A stretch of 64,000 bases of DNA, taken from contig JAAXHN010000013.1 in the NCBI GenBank assembly GCA_012270885.1, positions 1,432-65,431 of the forward strand, read 5' to 3'. The notes below the pieces were generated by a model. The model ran no database searches. It had not been told where the DNA came from and saw only the letters and a program-made list of their open reading frames with translations. A program made the translations under genes and the position numbers. Position 1 is the stretch's first letter, and each line of letters begins with the position of its first letter. Shown here piece by piece: positions 36,908 to 45,524 of the stretch. The stretch is from Acidimicrobiia bacterium (GTDB taxonomy: Bacteria > Actinomycetota > Acidimicrobiia > Spongiisociales > ZC4RG35).

Positions 36908-37318
36908 CTAAGGGACCACTTTGAAGCGACCGCCGTTGAGGGGGCGCAGCACGTTGAAGTGCCTTTTGTCCAGAGTGAGTATGGTGCGGGTGCGGTAACG
37001 CTCGGCGAGCACCACCAGGGAGGCGTCGGTTATGCCGACGCCCAAGTCGAGATAGCGTTCCACCACCTCGGTGGCGGCCACAAGGTCATCGGCATCCATG
37101 GTGGCGAGGTGATAGGCCCCACCCGTCAATTCCCGTAGTATCTCCAACTCCCACTGCACGCCCAGTCGAGTCGCCACCAGGTAATCGATCTCGGCGACCA
37201 CGAACGGAGACACCACCATGACCGGGTCCTTGGCCTCAATCCAAGTAGCGATTGCTTCATGATCGGGATCCGATTCGTTGAAATAGGGGATCAGGCCGCT
37301 GGTGTCAGCGATGATCAC
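36908..37318 (-). CDS. vapC: PIN-domain toxin VapC
   Basis: MIIADTSGLI...SPFVVAEIDYL...DASLVVLAE...TLDKRHF. 4-nt overlap with the antitoxin. Confidence 0.85.
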   Translation of the reverse strand: MIIADTSGLIPYFNESDPDHEAIATWIEAKDPVMVVSPFVVAEIDYLVATRLGVQWELEILRELTGGAYHLATMDADDLVAATEVVERYLDLGVGITDASLVVLAERYRTRTILTLDKRHFNVLRPLNGGRFKVVP

Positions 37319-37533
37319 CTCTCGCCGAATCCCTTCATGTACTCATCGATGTTTCTTCCCCATAGTTCGTCGCTCGAAAGAATTCCGGGCCGGGGCTTGG
37401 GACGGGCCACCGCCTCCTCGAGGGCCTGACGAATCACCTCGGCTTCAGAGCAAGAGCGTAGAAGTGCTACGCGCGCCACGTCGCGCTTCAATGACTCCGG
37501 GAGGTAGATCGTGGTCTTGATCATGCCATACAT
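37315..37533 (-). CDS. vapB: Ribbon-helix-helix (CopG-type) antitoxin VapB
   Basis: MYGMIKTTIYLPESLKRDVARVALLRSCSEAEVIRQALEE is an RHH pattern. The track ORF start at 37758 was rejected as an Arg-rich extension overlapping the divergent gene. Confidence 0.75.
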   Translation of the reverse strand: MYGMIKTTIYLPESLKRDVARVALLRSCSEAEVIRQALEEAVARPKPRPGILSSDELWGRNIDEYMKGFGER

Positions 37534-37735
37534 AGTACCACCCGTCGCAGGGCCGAACCGGTCGCTATTGGGGCTGGAAGTCGTCTTGGTCTTACCCATC
37601 CGCCAATTCTGCAATGAAACGGGTACGTCTCGGCGCCTGCCGGGCCGGAGATCTTCGCACCTTTCGGTTCTTTTGCCCAGTCCGGCCTGATGAGCCCGTA
37701 GCCAGATCCTCCGGTCGGCAACTAGCCTGAGGCGG

Positions 37736-39127
37736 ATGGACGCCGCCGAATTCCGCAAGCACGGCTACCAGATGATTGACTGGCTGGCCGACTACTGGGA
37801 GGGGATCGAGAGCTGGCCCATCCTCCCCGATGTCGAACCCGGAGACATCCGGTCGCGGATGCCGGCTCGGGCCCCAGAGCAACCCGAGCCGTTTGCTGAC
37901 ATCATGGCGGACCTCGACAGGATCGTGATGCCGGGTATCACCCACTGGCAGTCGCCCGGGTGGTTCGCCTTCTTCCCGGCCAACTCGTCGCCTCCGGCGG
38001 TCCTGGGCGAGTTGGCCGCCGCCGGACTGGGCGTGCAGGGGATGCTCTGGGCCACGAGTCCGGCCTGCACCGAGGTCGAGTCACAGGTTATGGACTGGCT
38101 GGTGGACCTGATGGGCCTGCCCCAGGACTGGAAGACCACCGGCCCCGGAGGCGGAGTGATCCAGGGGACGGCCTCGGAGGCCACTCACCTGGCGGTGGTC
38201 ATCGCTCGCCATGCCAAGTCCCGTCAAGTCGCAGCCGACGAGATGGTTGCCTACACCTCCGTCCAAGCGCACTCCTCGGTGGAGAAGGGAGCACGGGTGG
38301 CGGGAATCGGACACCTCCGGCTGGTGGAGACCGACGAGACACAGGCCATGTCCCCCGCGGCTCTCTCGTACGCCGTGGCCGCCGACCGGGCGGGCGGGCT
38401 GACCCCGGCGTTCGTGGCAAGCACCGTGGGCACCACGGGAACCACCGCGGTCGACCCCGTGCGCGCCATCGGCGAGATCGCCCAGACAGAAGGCATGTGG
38501 CACCACGTGGACGCCGCATTTTCGGGAACCGCCATGATCTGTCCCGAGTTCCGGCATCACCAGGACGGCCTGGAGCTGGTGGACAGCTACGTCTTCAACC
38601 CCCACAAGTGGATGTTCACCAACTTCGACTGCTCGGCCACCTACTTCGCGGACCGCCGTCCGATGATCGACGCCCTGAGCATCACTCCCCCCTATCTTCG
38701 CAACCAGGCCACCGAGTCCGGGGAGGTGATCGACTACCGCGACTGGCAGGTGCCGCTGGGGAGGCGCTTTCGCGCCCTGAAGCTATGGTTCGTGCTCCGC
38801 TCATACGGCGCCGAGGGGATCAGGGCGAAGGTCCGTGAGGATGTTCGCCTGGCGCATTGGCTGACCGAACAGGTCGAGGCTCATCCGAGTCTCGAGATGG
38901 TGGCGCTGACCACCTTCTCCCTGGTCTCGTTCCGCCACTCCGAGAGCGACGACGAGACGTCCCGGCTGGCGGAGGGGATCAACTCCTCCGGCTGGGCCTA
39001 CGTCACCGTCTCGGTGTTGGAGGACCGGCCCTTCATCAGGGTCTCGATCGGACAGACCAACACCACCGCCCGCCACGTCCATCGGCTCTGGGAACTGATC
39101 GACCGGCTATCGCAGGAGCATGCATGA
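37736..39127 (+). CDS. Pyridoxal-dependent (group II, aromatic-L-amino-acid/DDC-type) decarboxylase
   Basis: MDAAEFRKHGYQMIDWLADYW... N-terminus, the HWQSPGWFAFFP motif, and the PLP-lysine motif NPHKW. Confidence 0.85.
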   Translation: MDAAEFRKHGYQMIDWLADYWEGIESWPILPDVEPGDIRSRMPARAPEQPEPFADIMADLDRIVMPGITHWQSPGWFAFFPANSSPPAVLGELAAAGLGVQGMLWATSPACTEVESQVMDWLVDLMGLPQDWKTTGPGGGVIQGTASEATHLAVVIARHAKSRQVAADEMVAYTSVQAHSSVEKGARVAGIGHLRLVETDETQAMSPAALSYAVAADRAGGLTPAFVASTVGTTGTTAVDPVRAIGEIAQTEGMWHHVDAAFSGTAMICPEFRHHQDGLELVDSYVFNPHKWMFTNFDCSATYFADRRPMIDALSITPPYLRNQATESGEVIDYRDWQVPLGRRFRALKLWFVLRSYGAEGIRAKVREDVRLAHWLTEQVEAHPSLEMVALTTFSLVSFRHSESDDETSRLAEGINSSGWAYVTVSVLEDRPFIRVSIGQTNTTARHVHRLWELIDRLSQEHA

Positions 39128-39783
39128 CCAACGCGACCGACACCAGCTTCAAGGTGGTGATGATCAACCCCAACAGCACCGACTACATCACCCGACAACT
39201 CTCCCAGGCCGCTTCGGAGACGCTCGGATCCGGACTGGAAGTGGAAGTGATCACCAGTCACGGGGGACCCCCGGCGATCTCCTCCGACCAGGACGTGGTG
39301 GACGCGGTCGACCCGATGCTCCGAACACTGAGACAGCACCCGGCGGACGCCTACGTGGTGGGCTGCTTCTCCGATCCCGGGCTGGCCCAGGCTCGACAGG
39401 AGTTCGACGCGCCGGTGTTCGGGATCGCAGAGTCCTCGATCCGGGTTGCCCAGAGCATTTCTCCATCAATCGGGATAGTCGCCGGGATGGAAGGGGCCAT
39501 CTCCCGCCACACCGTCTATTGGGGGAAGCTGGGAGCCCTGGACGACATAGTTGGAGAGATCGCCTGCGGTCGGGGGGTGCTGGACCTGGAGAGCGAGGAC
39601 GCCTACCAGGACGTGCTGGCCGCCGGCGCCCGGTTGCAGGAAGGCGGCGCAGAGGTGCTGGTGCTGGGTTGCGCGGGAATGACCAAGATGGCGGACCGGC
39701 TCTCGGCAGACCTCGGACTCCCCGTGGTCGAACCCTGCCGCGCTGCCCTCCAGAGAGCCGCCGATGCCCTGTCGAGCGACTGA
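39124..39783 (+). CDS. Asp/Glu/hydantoin racemase family protein
   Basis: ATGA overlap with the decarboxylase stop. VVMINPNST..., GGPPAISS, VLVLGCAGM...LGLPVVEP are typical of PF01177 members. Confidence 0.7.
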   Translation: MTNATDTSFKVVMINPNSTDYITRQLSQAASETLGSGLEVEVITSHGGPPAISSDQDVVDAVDPMLRTLRQHPADAYVVGCFSDPGLAQARQEFDAPVFGIAESSIRVAQSISPSIGIVAGMEGAISRHTVYWGKLGALDDIVGEIACGRGVLDLESEDAYQDVLAAGARLQEGGAEVLVLGCAGMTKMADRLSADLGLPVVEPCRAALQRAADALSSD

Positions 39784-39797
39784 ACCCCTAAAAGCAC

Positions 39798-40259
39798 ATG
39801 AACCCGATCTCTCACCCTCACCCCACCCGCATCAAGGCGGTCACCGTGGACGCCACCGACCCCAACCGCCTGGCCGAGTTCTGGGCATTCGCGCTCGGGT
39901 ATGTTCTACAGCCCCCGCCCAAGGGTTTCGAGACCTGGGAGACCTTCGCCGACGCCTTGAACCTGTCGACCGAGGAACGGGAACGATACTCAGCGGTCGT
40001 CGATCCTCACGGGATCGGCCCTCGGATCCTGTTCCAGATAGTGCCGGAAGGGAAGATCGTGAAGAACCGGTGGCACCTGGACATAGACGTGGTGGACCCA
40101 TCCCTGCCCGCAGAGGAGCAGGACCGCGACCGGGAAGCAAAGATCGCGGCCCTGGTGGAGAGAGGCGCCACCGAGATAGAGCGCTTCGACGAGCCGGTGG
40201 GGAGGTGGGTGTTGATGACCGATCCCGAGGACAACGAATTCTGCGTCCTGGGCGCCTGA
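39798..40259 (+). CDS. VOC/glyoxalase-like domain protein
   Basis: IKAVTVDATDPNRLAEFWAFALGY...RWHLDIDV...WVLMTDPEDNEFCV fits the glyoxalase-like fold pattern. Confidence 0.7.
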   Translation: MNPISHPHPTRIKAVTVDATDPNRLAEFWAFALGYVLQPPPKGFETWETFADALNLSTEERERYSAVVDPHGIGPRILFQIVPEGKIVKNRWHLDIDVVDPSLPAEEQDRDREAKIAALVERGATEIERFDEPVGRWVLMTDPEDNEFCVLGA

Positions 40260-40348
40260 ACAAACGAGACAAACCACCCCGGGCGCCTGACTCGGCTCGG
40301 ATCCCGGTTGACCCGGCGGCAGACTCCCTAACCGCTATCGTGCCCGAA

Positions 40349-41956
40349 ATGACGCTGGCTTCCGCCCAGACCGAGCGCAACCGGACCGCAGCAATTTACA
40401 CGCTGGTCTCCGTGGTGGGCATCTCGGTGCTGCCGCTTGTCATGGTGATGGTGGGAGCGCCCGACAGCCCGCTGCTGTTCGGCGCTTTTCTATCGGTCGG
40501 CACATCCGCGGGGTCGCTGGCTTTCCTGGCGGGCAGGTACCGCGCGCAACTGCGGGACCGGGACGTCCGAGCCCTCATCAGGAAGAACCTGGCGAGTCGG
40601 CCGATTCTCTTCGTCCTGGTGGGCACGTTCGAGTTCACCTTCTTCGCCTGGAGCACCAGGTTCGTGGACCCTTCCGTGGCCACGATCCTTTGGGGAAGCT
40701 GGCCGATCATATTCGTCTTCCTTCTCCGCCGGATCTTCAGCGGCAAAAGGGCGCGGCCCAGCCGCTACAAGAAGATCACCCCGTCGCTAGTCCTGCTCAT
40801 GGTCCTCAGCCTGGTCGGCCTGGCATTTGTCGTCCTGGCACAGGCAAGCAAGCAAACCGGGTTCGACTGGACATCGGACTCCTCCTGGGTCGGGTTCGTC
40901 TTTGCCGTGATCAGCGGGGTGCTGATCACGCTCAACATCTTCTCCTTCTCCTGGGCAGCGGACCTGGCCGCCAAGGCCGGAACGCTGAACATGGCCGGGG
41001 GGTCGCGGAGCATGGAGTTGTTCTTCATGACGGTGGTGGTGTGTGTCTCCAATGCTTTCACCGCGCCGATCAAGGCGGGGTTCAGCCTGGCCGCGTCCGA
41101 GCCGATCCGGGTGGACGTGATACTGGGAGCCCTGATCATGGGGGGCACGCTGAGGGTGGGGAGTTCGCTGCTGTGGCGTCACGCCAACCAGATCACCCAT
41201 GCTCTCGGGATCAACGCCATCGGATACGGGGAGCCACTGTTCGGCGTTCTGTGGCTGGCCCTGTTTTGGGAGGTCGACATCTCCAGGGTCGACTACCTGG
41301 TGCTCGGGACCTGCGCCATCATCGCCTCCAACATCCTCATCAACTCGGAAGTCGAGATCAGCCGGGGATTCAAGTCGGCGATACTGGCGATGTGGGCGAC
41401 CGGCGCCATCGTCTATCTGAGAGACGATGGCCCGCTGTGGGGAAGTGGGAGGTTCTTCGGTGTCCTGGCTCTGCTGGGCGGCGCTTTCGCCCTGCTCCAG
41501 GCTCTCCGTTCCACAACCGCCTCTCCTCCCACTGCGGGAAGACACGCCATGGCTCGGCCATCATCTTCGGAGACGAAACCGAATGGCGCCAGGACCCCAC
41601 TGATCGCAGACAGCCTCAACCTTGCCCGGACGTTCACCATGGGCCTGTACGGTTCGGTGGCGATCGGATTGACGATCATCGTCCGACCCGCGGTGACCGG
41701 ATGGATGGGACTAGCGGTCGAGATGTTCGCCGTTTCCTTTTGCACCGCCATCGCCGCCTCCGCCTTTCACGTCTCCCGATGGCCTGGGGTGGTTGGCAGA
41801 CCTCCCGAACAGGCCGTGGGGAGTGAACCTCCGGCAGAGGCGTACGCCGGTTGGGAGCAGCGAGAACGCCGGATTTCGGACTGGACCAACGCCGCGGTGG
41901 CGACCGGGACCTATCTCGCCTTCCTGTATCTACTGTGGGACAAATGGCTCAATTGA
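40349..41956 (+). CDS. Polytopic membrane protein (EamA/DMT-like N-terminal part with extra C-terminal TM segments)
   Basis: The ATG at 40349 starts the hydrophobic protein (at least 12 predicted TM stretches by eye). The upstream 195 aa of the 730-aa track ORF overlap the VOC gene in another frame and were rejected. Confidence 0.6.
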   Translation: MTLASAQTERNRTAAIYTLVSVVGISVLPLVMVMVGAPDSPLLFGAFLSVGTSAGSLAFLAGRYRAQLRDRDVRALIRKNLASRPILFVLVGTFEFTFFAWSTRFVDPSVATILWGSWPIIFVFLLRRIFSGKRARPSRYKKITPSLVLLMVLSLVGLAFVVLAQASKQTGFDWTSDSSWVGFVFAVISGVLITLNIFSFSWAADLAAKAGTLNMAGGSRSMELFFMTVVVCVSNAFTAPIKAGFSLAASEPIRVDVILGALIMGGTLRVGSSLLWRHANQITHALGINAIGYGEPLFGVLWLALFWEVDISRVDYLVLGTCAIIASNILINSEVEISRGFKSAILAMWATGAIVYLRDDGPLWGSGRFFGVLALLGGAFALLQALRSTTASPPTAGRHAMARPSSSETKPNGARTPLIADSLNLARTFTMGLYGSVAIGLTIIVRPAVTGWMGLAVEMFAVSFCTAIAASAFHVSRWPGVVGRPPEQAVGSEPPAEAYAGWEQRERRISDWTNAAVATGTYLAFLYLLWDKWLN

Positions 41957-42042
41957 GCCCTTGAGAGCCTGCCCCGAATCGATGCTCCATCCTCGATCGT
42001 TCTCTTATCATTGCCGGAAGTCAACAAGGGGGAATAAAGGGG

Positions 42043-43008
42043 ATGACCGTGGAATATGAGGATCGTCTGGATGAACAGAGCAAAGCTGCCTTGGAGACGA
42101 TGCCCGAAGAGGCGCTGGACCTCTCCGACATCCCGCGGCTTCGCAACATCCTTGACGTCCTGGTAGACGCCAAGTTCGCCGACGCACCGGAGGTGCCGGG
42201 GGTGGATGTGAAGAACCACTGGGCACCGGGCGCACCGGGAGACCCCGACGTGATGGTGCGGGTCTACACGCCGTCAGATCTCGACGCGCCGGTACCCGGC
42301 TTCTACTGGATCCACGGAGGGGGAATGGTGATCGGATACGCCTCCATGGAAGACCCGGCCTCCAAGGCCACGGCTGTCGAGATGGCCTGCGTGGTAGCGT
42401 CGGTGGAATACCGGCTGGCGCCTGAACATCCCCATCCGGCGCCGATCGAGGACTGCTACGCCGGGCTGAAGTGGTTCACCGAAAACGCCGAGAGCCTGGG
42501 AGTTGATCGAGAGAGGATCGCCATCGGCGGCGGCTCTGCGGGTGGCGGACTGGCGGCCGCCCTAGCTCTCCTGGCGAGAGACCGGGGAGAGATCGACATC
42601 ATCTCCCAGCAACTCATCTACCCCATGCTGGACCACCGGAGCATCACTCCCGCCAGCCATTACGTCCAGCATCCCAAGGTGTGGAACCGCAAATGCAACA
42701 TCGCCGGTTGGACCGCTCTGCTGGGAGAATCGAAGGACACCGACGACGTTTCCCCCTACGCCTCCCCGGCCCTCGCCGAGGACCTGTCGGGCCTGCCTCC
42801 CGCTTTCATCATCGTGGGGGAATTGGACCTGTTCGTGGACGAGGACGTCGATTACGCCATGCGCCTCATCCAGGCGGGGGTATCAACCGAGCTGCATGTC
42901 TTTCCCGGGGCTTTCCACGGCAGCGAACTGATGATGCCGACGGCCGAAACCAGCCGTCGCTGGAAGGCGGTGCAGGCAGATGGGTTACGTCGAGCTCTTT
43001 ACGGATAG
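42043..43008 (+). CDS. Alpha/beta hydrolase (hormone-sensitive-lipase-type esterase)
   Basis: Oxyanion HGGG (WIHGGGMV) and nucleophile elbow GGSAGG. Confidence 0.85.
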   Translation: MTVEYEDRLDEQSKAALETMPEEALDLSDIPRLRNILDVLVDAKFADAPEVPGVDVKNHWAPGAPGDPDVMVRVYTPSDLDAPVPGFYWIHGGGMVIGYASMEDPASKATAVEMACVVASVEYRLAPEHPHPAPIEDCYAGLKWFTENAESLGVDRERIAIGGGSAGGGLAAALALLARDRGEIDIISQQLIYPMLDHRSITPASHYVQHPKVWNRKCNIAGWTALLGESKDTDDVSPYASPALAEDLSGLPPAFIIVGELDLFVDEDVDYAMRLIQAGVSTELHVFPGAFHGSELMMPTAETSRRWKAVQADGLRRALYG

Positions 43009-43236
43009 CCTTTCGGGAGATTCAAGCAGGTCCCCGGTGCGCTGCGATTGATGCGAACTCCCTGCTCCGGGGAAGAGTGGCTGAAGGCCCTCCCCTCATG
43101 AATCCCCCCGGCGGTCCGGGAATGTGACCATGGACTGGGACCCACCGCCTTGACGACCGGAGCAGAGCGGTATTGAACATGATCTCACCAGCATGGGTAG
43201 TCAAACAGTCCTGGGGGTCACCCCCGGCAGGCTCGG

Positions 43237-43608
43237 CTACCCTCCGGCTTGGATGAGGACACGCCCGCCATCCTCCACCTCGATGAAAAGGCGGTGCCGG
43301 TCCAGCAACTGCATGCCAACCAGAGGAACCCCGTCGGACATGTAGGCATGGACATGGCGGGGATGGCCGTCCCACAGAACAGTTGTCGGATAGACGCCGA
43401 GCATCGCCGCACTGCCGTCGGCCAGAATCGTTGAGACCCTCGCCGAACGGAGTAGCCCCAGGCCAACCACCGATTCCGACGGCAGGGTCAGGAACCCGTT
43501 GAAGCCGGTATCGACGACAGCCTCGATCTCCACGCTCTGCCCTGAGGGGCCTCGGACAGTTAGGGATATGACCGGTTCGTAGGCGGCGTTCACAACGCCC
43601 CGTATCAC
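43237..43608 (-). CDS. Retropepsin-like (clan AA) aspartic protease
   Basis: 123 aa with the single catalytic motif VVDTGFNG. Single-lobe size implies a homodimer. Confidence 0.7.
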   Translation of the reverse strand: MIRGVVNAAYEPVISLTVRGPSGQSVEIEAVVDTGFNGFLTLPSESVVGLGLLRSARVSTILADGSAAMLGVYPTTVLWDGHPRHVHAYMSDGVPLVGMQLLDRHRLFIEVEDGGRVLIQAGG

Positions 43609-43928
43609 TCCGCCCTCAGTAGAGACCCGCCCGCAAAGCTGTACACAGCCCGGAAACCGACCCGCTCACACAAGACGTTGACAGCGTCCGGGCTCTGCTC
43701 CCGCAAACGGTCTACCGCCACGACCGAATCGCGGCCCATTGCCCAATTGCCGGTGTCCAGATCGATGGCGACCACTTCTCCGAAGTGGTCCGCCTCCACC
43801 TGCGGACGGATGTCCCGTTGGTAGATCTCCTTGCCCAGGCGGGCAGTCTCCTCCATCGACATGGTTGGAAGCCCCTGGTCCGCCTCCTCTTGTTCCGGCG
43901 ATGCCATCTCCACATCCCCCATCGTCAA
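43605..43928 (-). CDS. Hypothetical protein coupled to the aspartic protease
   Basis: 4-nt overlap with the downstream protease gene. 107 aa with an acidic N-terminus and no motif recognised. Confidence 0.55.
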   Translation of the reverse strand: MTMGDVEMASPEQEEADQGLPTMSMEETARLGKEIYQRDIRPQVEADHFGEVVAIDLDTGNWAMGRDSVVAVDRLREQSPDAVNVLCERVGFRAVYSFAGGSLLRAE

Positions 43929-44039
43929 TCCCTCCTTCTAAAGGCGTCTTCGACATGGCTCATAATACCTGGCTCCCGGACTTTGAGACTGTCGGAGGGC
44001 GCCGCACAGCCTTGAAGCGGTGTTAGTTCCCCTCTCCGG

Positions 44040-45521
44040 TCAGGGGACCAGCGCGGCGGCTGCGTCGCCGAAGAAGGTGGCTAGCCCCGGGAAGACTCCC
44101 ACCACCAGCACCACCACCAGCGCCAGGCCCATGGCGAGGGAAAGAGGCCCGGTGGGGCCGGTCTCGGTGTCCTCGGGGATTTCGTCGGGCGCCGGATCGA
44201 ACCAGGCGCTCTTCACCACCCGGGCGTAGTAGTAGAAGGCCACCACCGCGTTGACCGCCGCGATCACCGCCAGCCACACGCCCGCCGGTCCGGTGGAGAT
44301 GAGCACCGCCCGGAACATCACGAACTTGGCGAACCACCCGGCCAGGGGAGGCAATCCGGCCAGGGAGAGGAAGAACACCGCCAGCATCACCCCCTGGCGG
44401 GGCGAGTAGGAGCCCAGACCCCTCCAGTCGGCGATCTCGTAGCTCCCGATGCGCCGACCGCCGGCGATCACCACCGCGAAGGCGCCCAGGTTCATCACCG
44501 CGTATATGACCAGGTAGATGACGGTGGCGCCCAGGCCCTCGGACAGGCCGTCGGGGGCGATGGCGCCTCCGGCGAAGGGAACCAGCATGAACCCGGCCTG
44601 GGCCACCGATGAGTAGGCCAGCAGCCGGATCAGATGGGACTGGCGCAGAGCAGACAGGTTGGCCACTGTCATGGAGACCGCCGCCATCATCCACAGCGCC
44701 GGGCCCCAGAAGTCGGTCACCGCCGGGAGCGCCAGGTAGATCACCGCCAGCATGGCCACGAACCCGGCCAGTTTGGAGGAGACCGAGAGGTAGGCGGTCA
44801 CCGGCGGAGGGGACCCCTGGTAGGTATCTGGCGCCCAGAAGTGGAAGGGGACCGCCGAGACCTTGAAGCCGAAGCCCACCAGGATCAGGAGCACCGCCAG
44901 GCCCAGCACCGGTTCGGAGGCGATGCCGGCCGAGGAGATCGCCTCTCGGATGCCCTCGAAGGAGAGTTCCCCGGTGAGACCGAACAGCAGCGACATCCCG
45001 TAGAGCATCAGGCCGGTGGAGAGCACCCCGATGATGAAGAACTTGAGGGAGGCCTCGTTGGAGCGAAGGTCGCCCTTGCGCCACCCGGCCAGGAGGAACA
45101 GCGGGCCGGTGGTCAACTCCAGGGCGACGAACAGCACCACCAGGTCCCGCGCCGAGGTGAGGACCATCGACCCGAGCAGGGAGGAGAGAAGGAGGAGGTA
45201 GTACTCGCCCTGGTAGTAGCGGTCGGACTCGATGTAGGAGACCGAGATCAGGAGCACCAGGTAGCCCGCAACCAGGAACACCCCCTTGAGCACCAGCGCG
45301 AAGTCGTCGACGACGTAGGAGCCGTCGAACATCGAGTAGGAGTCGCCGGAGACCGCCATAAGGATCACCGGCACCATGGCGAGGGTGGTGCCCACCACGG
45401 CCAGCGCCGCCACGTAATATTTCCGCTCCCGGGGCAGGAACAGATCGACTGCCAGCACCACGAGGAGTGCTGTGGCCACCACCACCTCGGGCGCGATGGC
45501 CAGCCAGTCGATCCGCGGCAC
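44040..45521 (-). CDS. nuoN: NADH-quinone oxidoreductase subunit N
   Basis: 493-aa antiporter-like polytopic protein, last gene of the nuo cluster. Confidence 0.9.
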   Translation of the reverse strand: MPRIDWLAIAPEVVVATALLVVLAVDLFLPRERKYYVAALAVVGTTLAMVPVILMAVSGDSYSMFDGSYVVDDFALVLKGVFLVAGYLVLLISVSYIESDRYYQGEYYLLLLSSLLGSMVLTSARDLVVLFVALELTTGPLFLLAGWRKGDLRSNEASLKFFIIGVLSTGLMLYGMSLLFGLTGELSFEGIREAISSAGIASEPVLGLAVLLILVGFGFKVSAVPFHFWAPDTYQGSPPPVTAYLSVSSKLAGFVAMLAVIYLALPAVTDFWGPALWMMAAVSMTVANLSALRQSHLIRLLAYSSVAQAGFMLVPFAGGAIAPDGLSEGLGATVIYLVIYAVMNLGAFAVVIAGGRRIGSYEIADWRGLGSYSPRQGVMLAVFFLSLAGLPPLAGWFAKFVMFRAVLISTGPAGVWLAVIAAVNAVVAFYYYARVVKSAWFDPAPDEIPEDTETGPTGPLSLAMGLALVVVLVVGVFPGLATFFGDAAAALVP

Positions 45522-45524
45522 TGC

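Noticed and set aside
39764-40348. N-terminal 195 aa of the 730-aa ORF (39764..41956), and similarly the 38857..39123 extension of the racemase ORF.
   Set aside because: They overlap the well-supported VOC and decarboxylase genes in other frames and are Arg/Pro-rich. Internal ATGs at 40349 and 39124 give sensible proteins.
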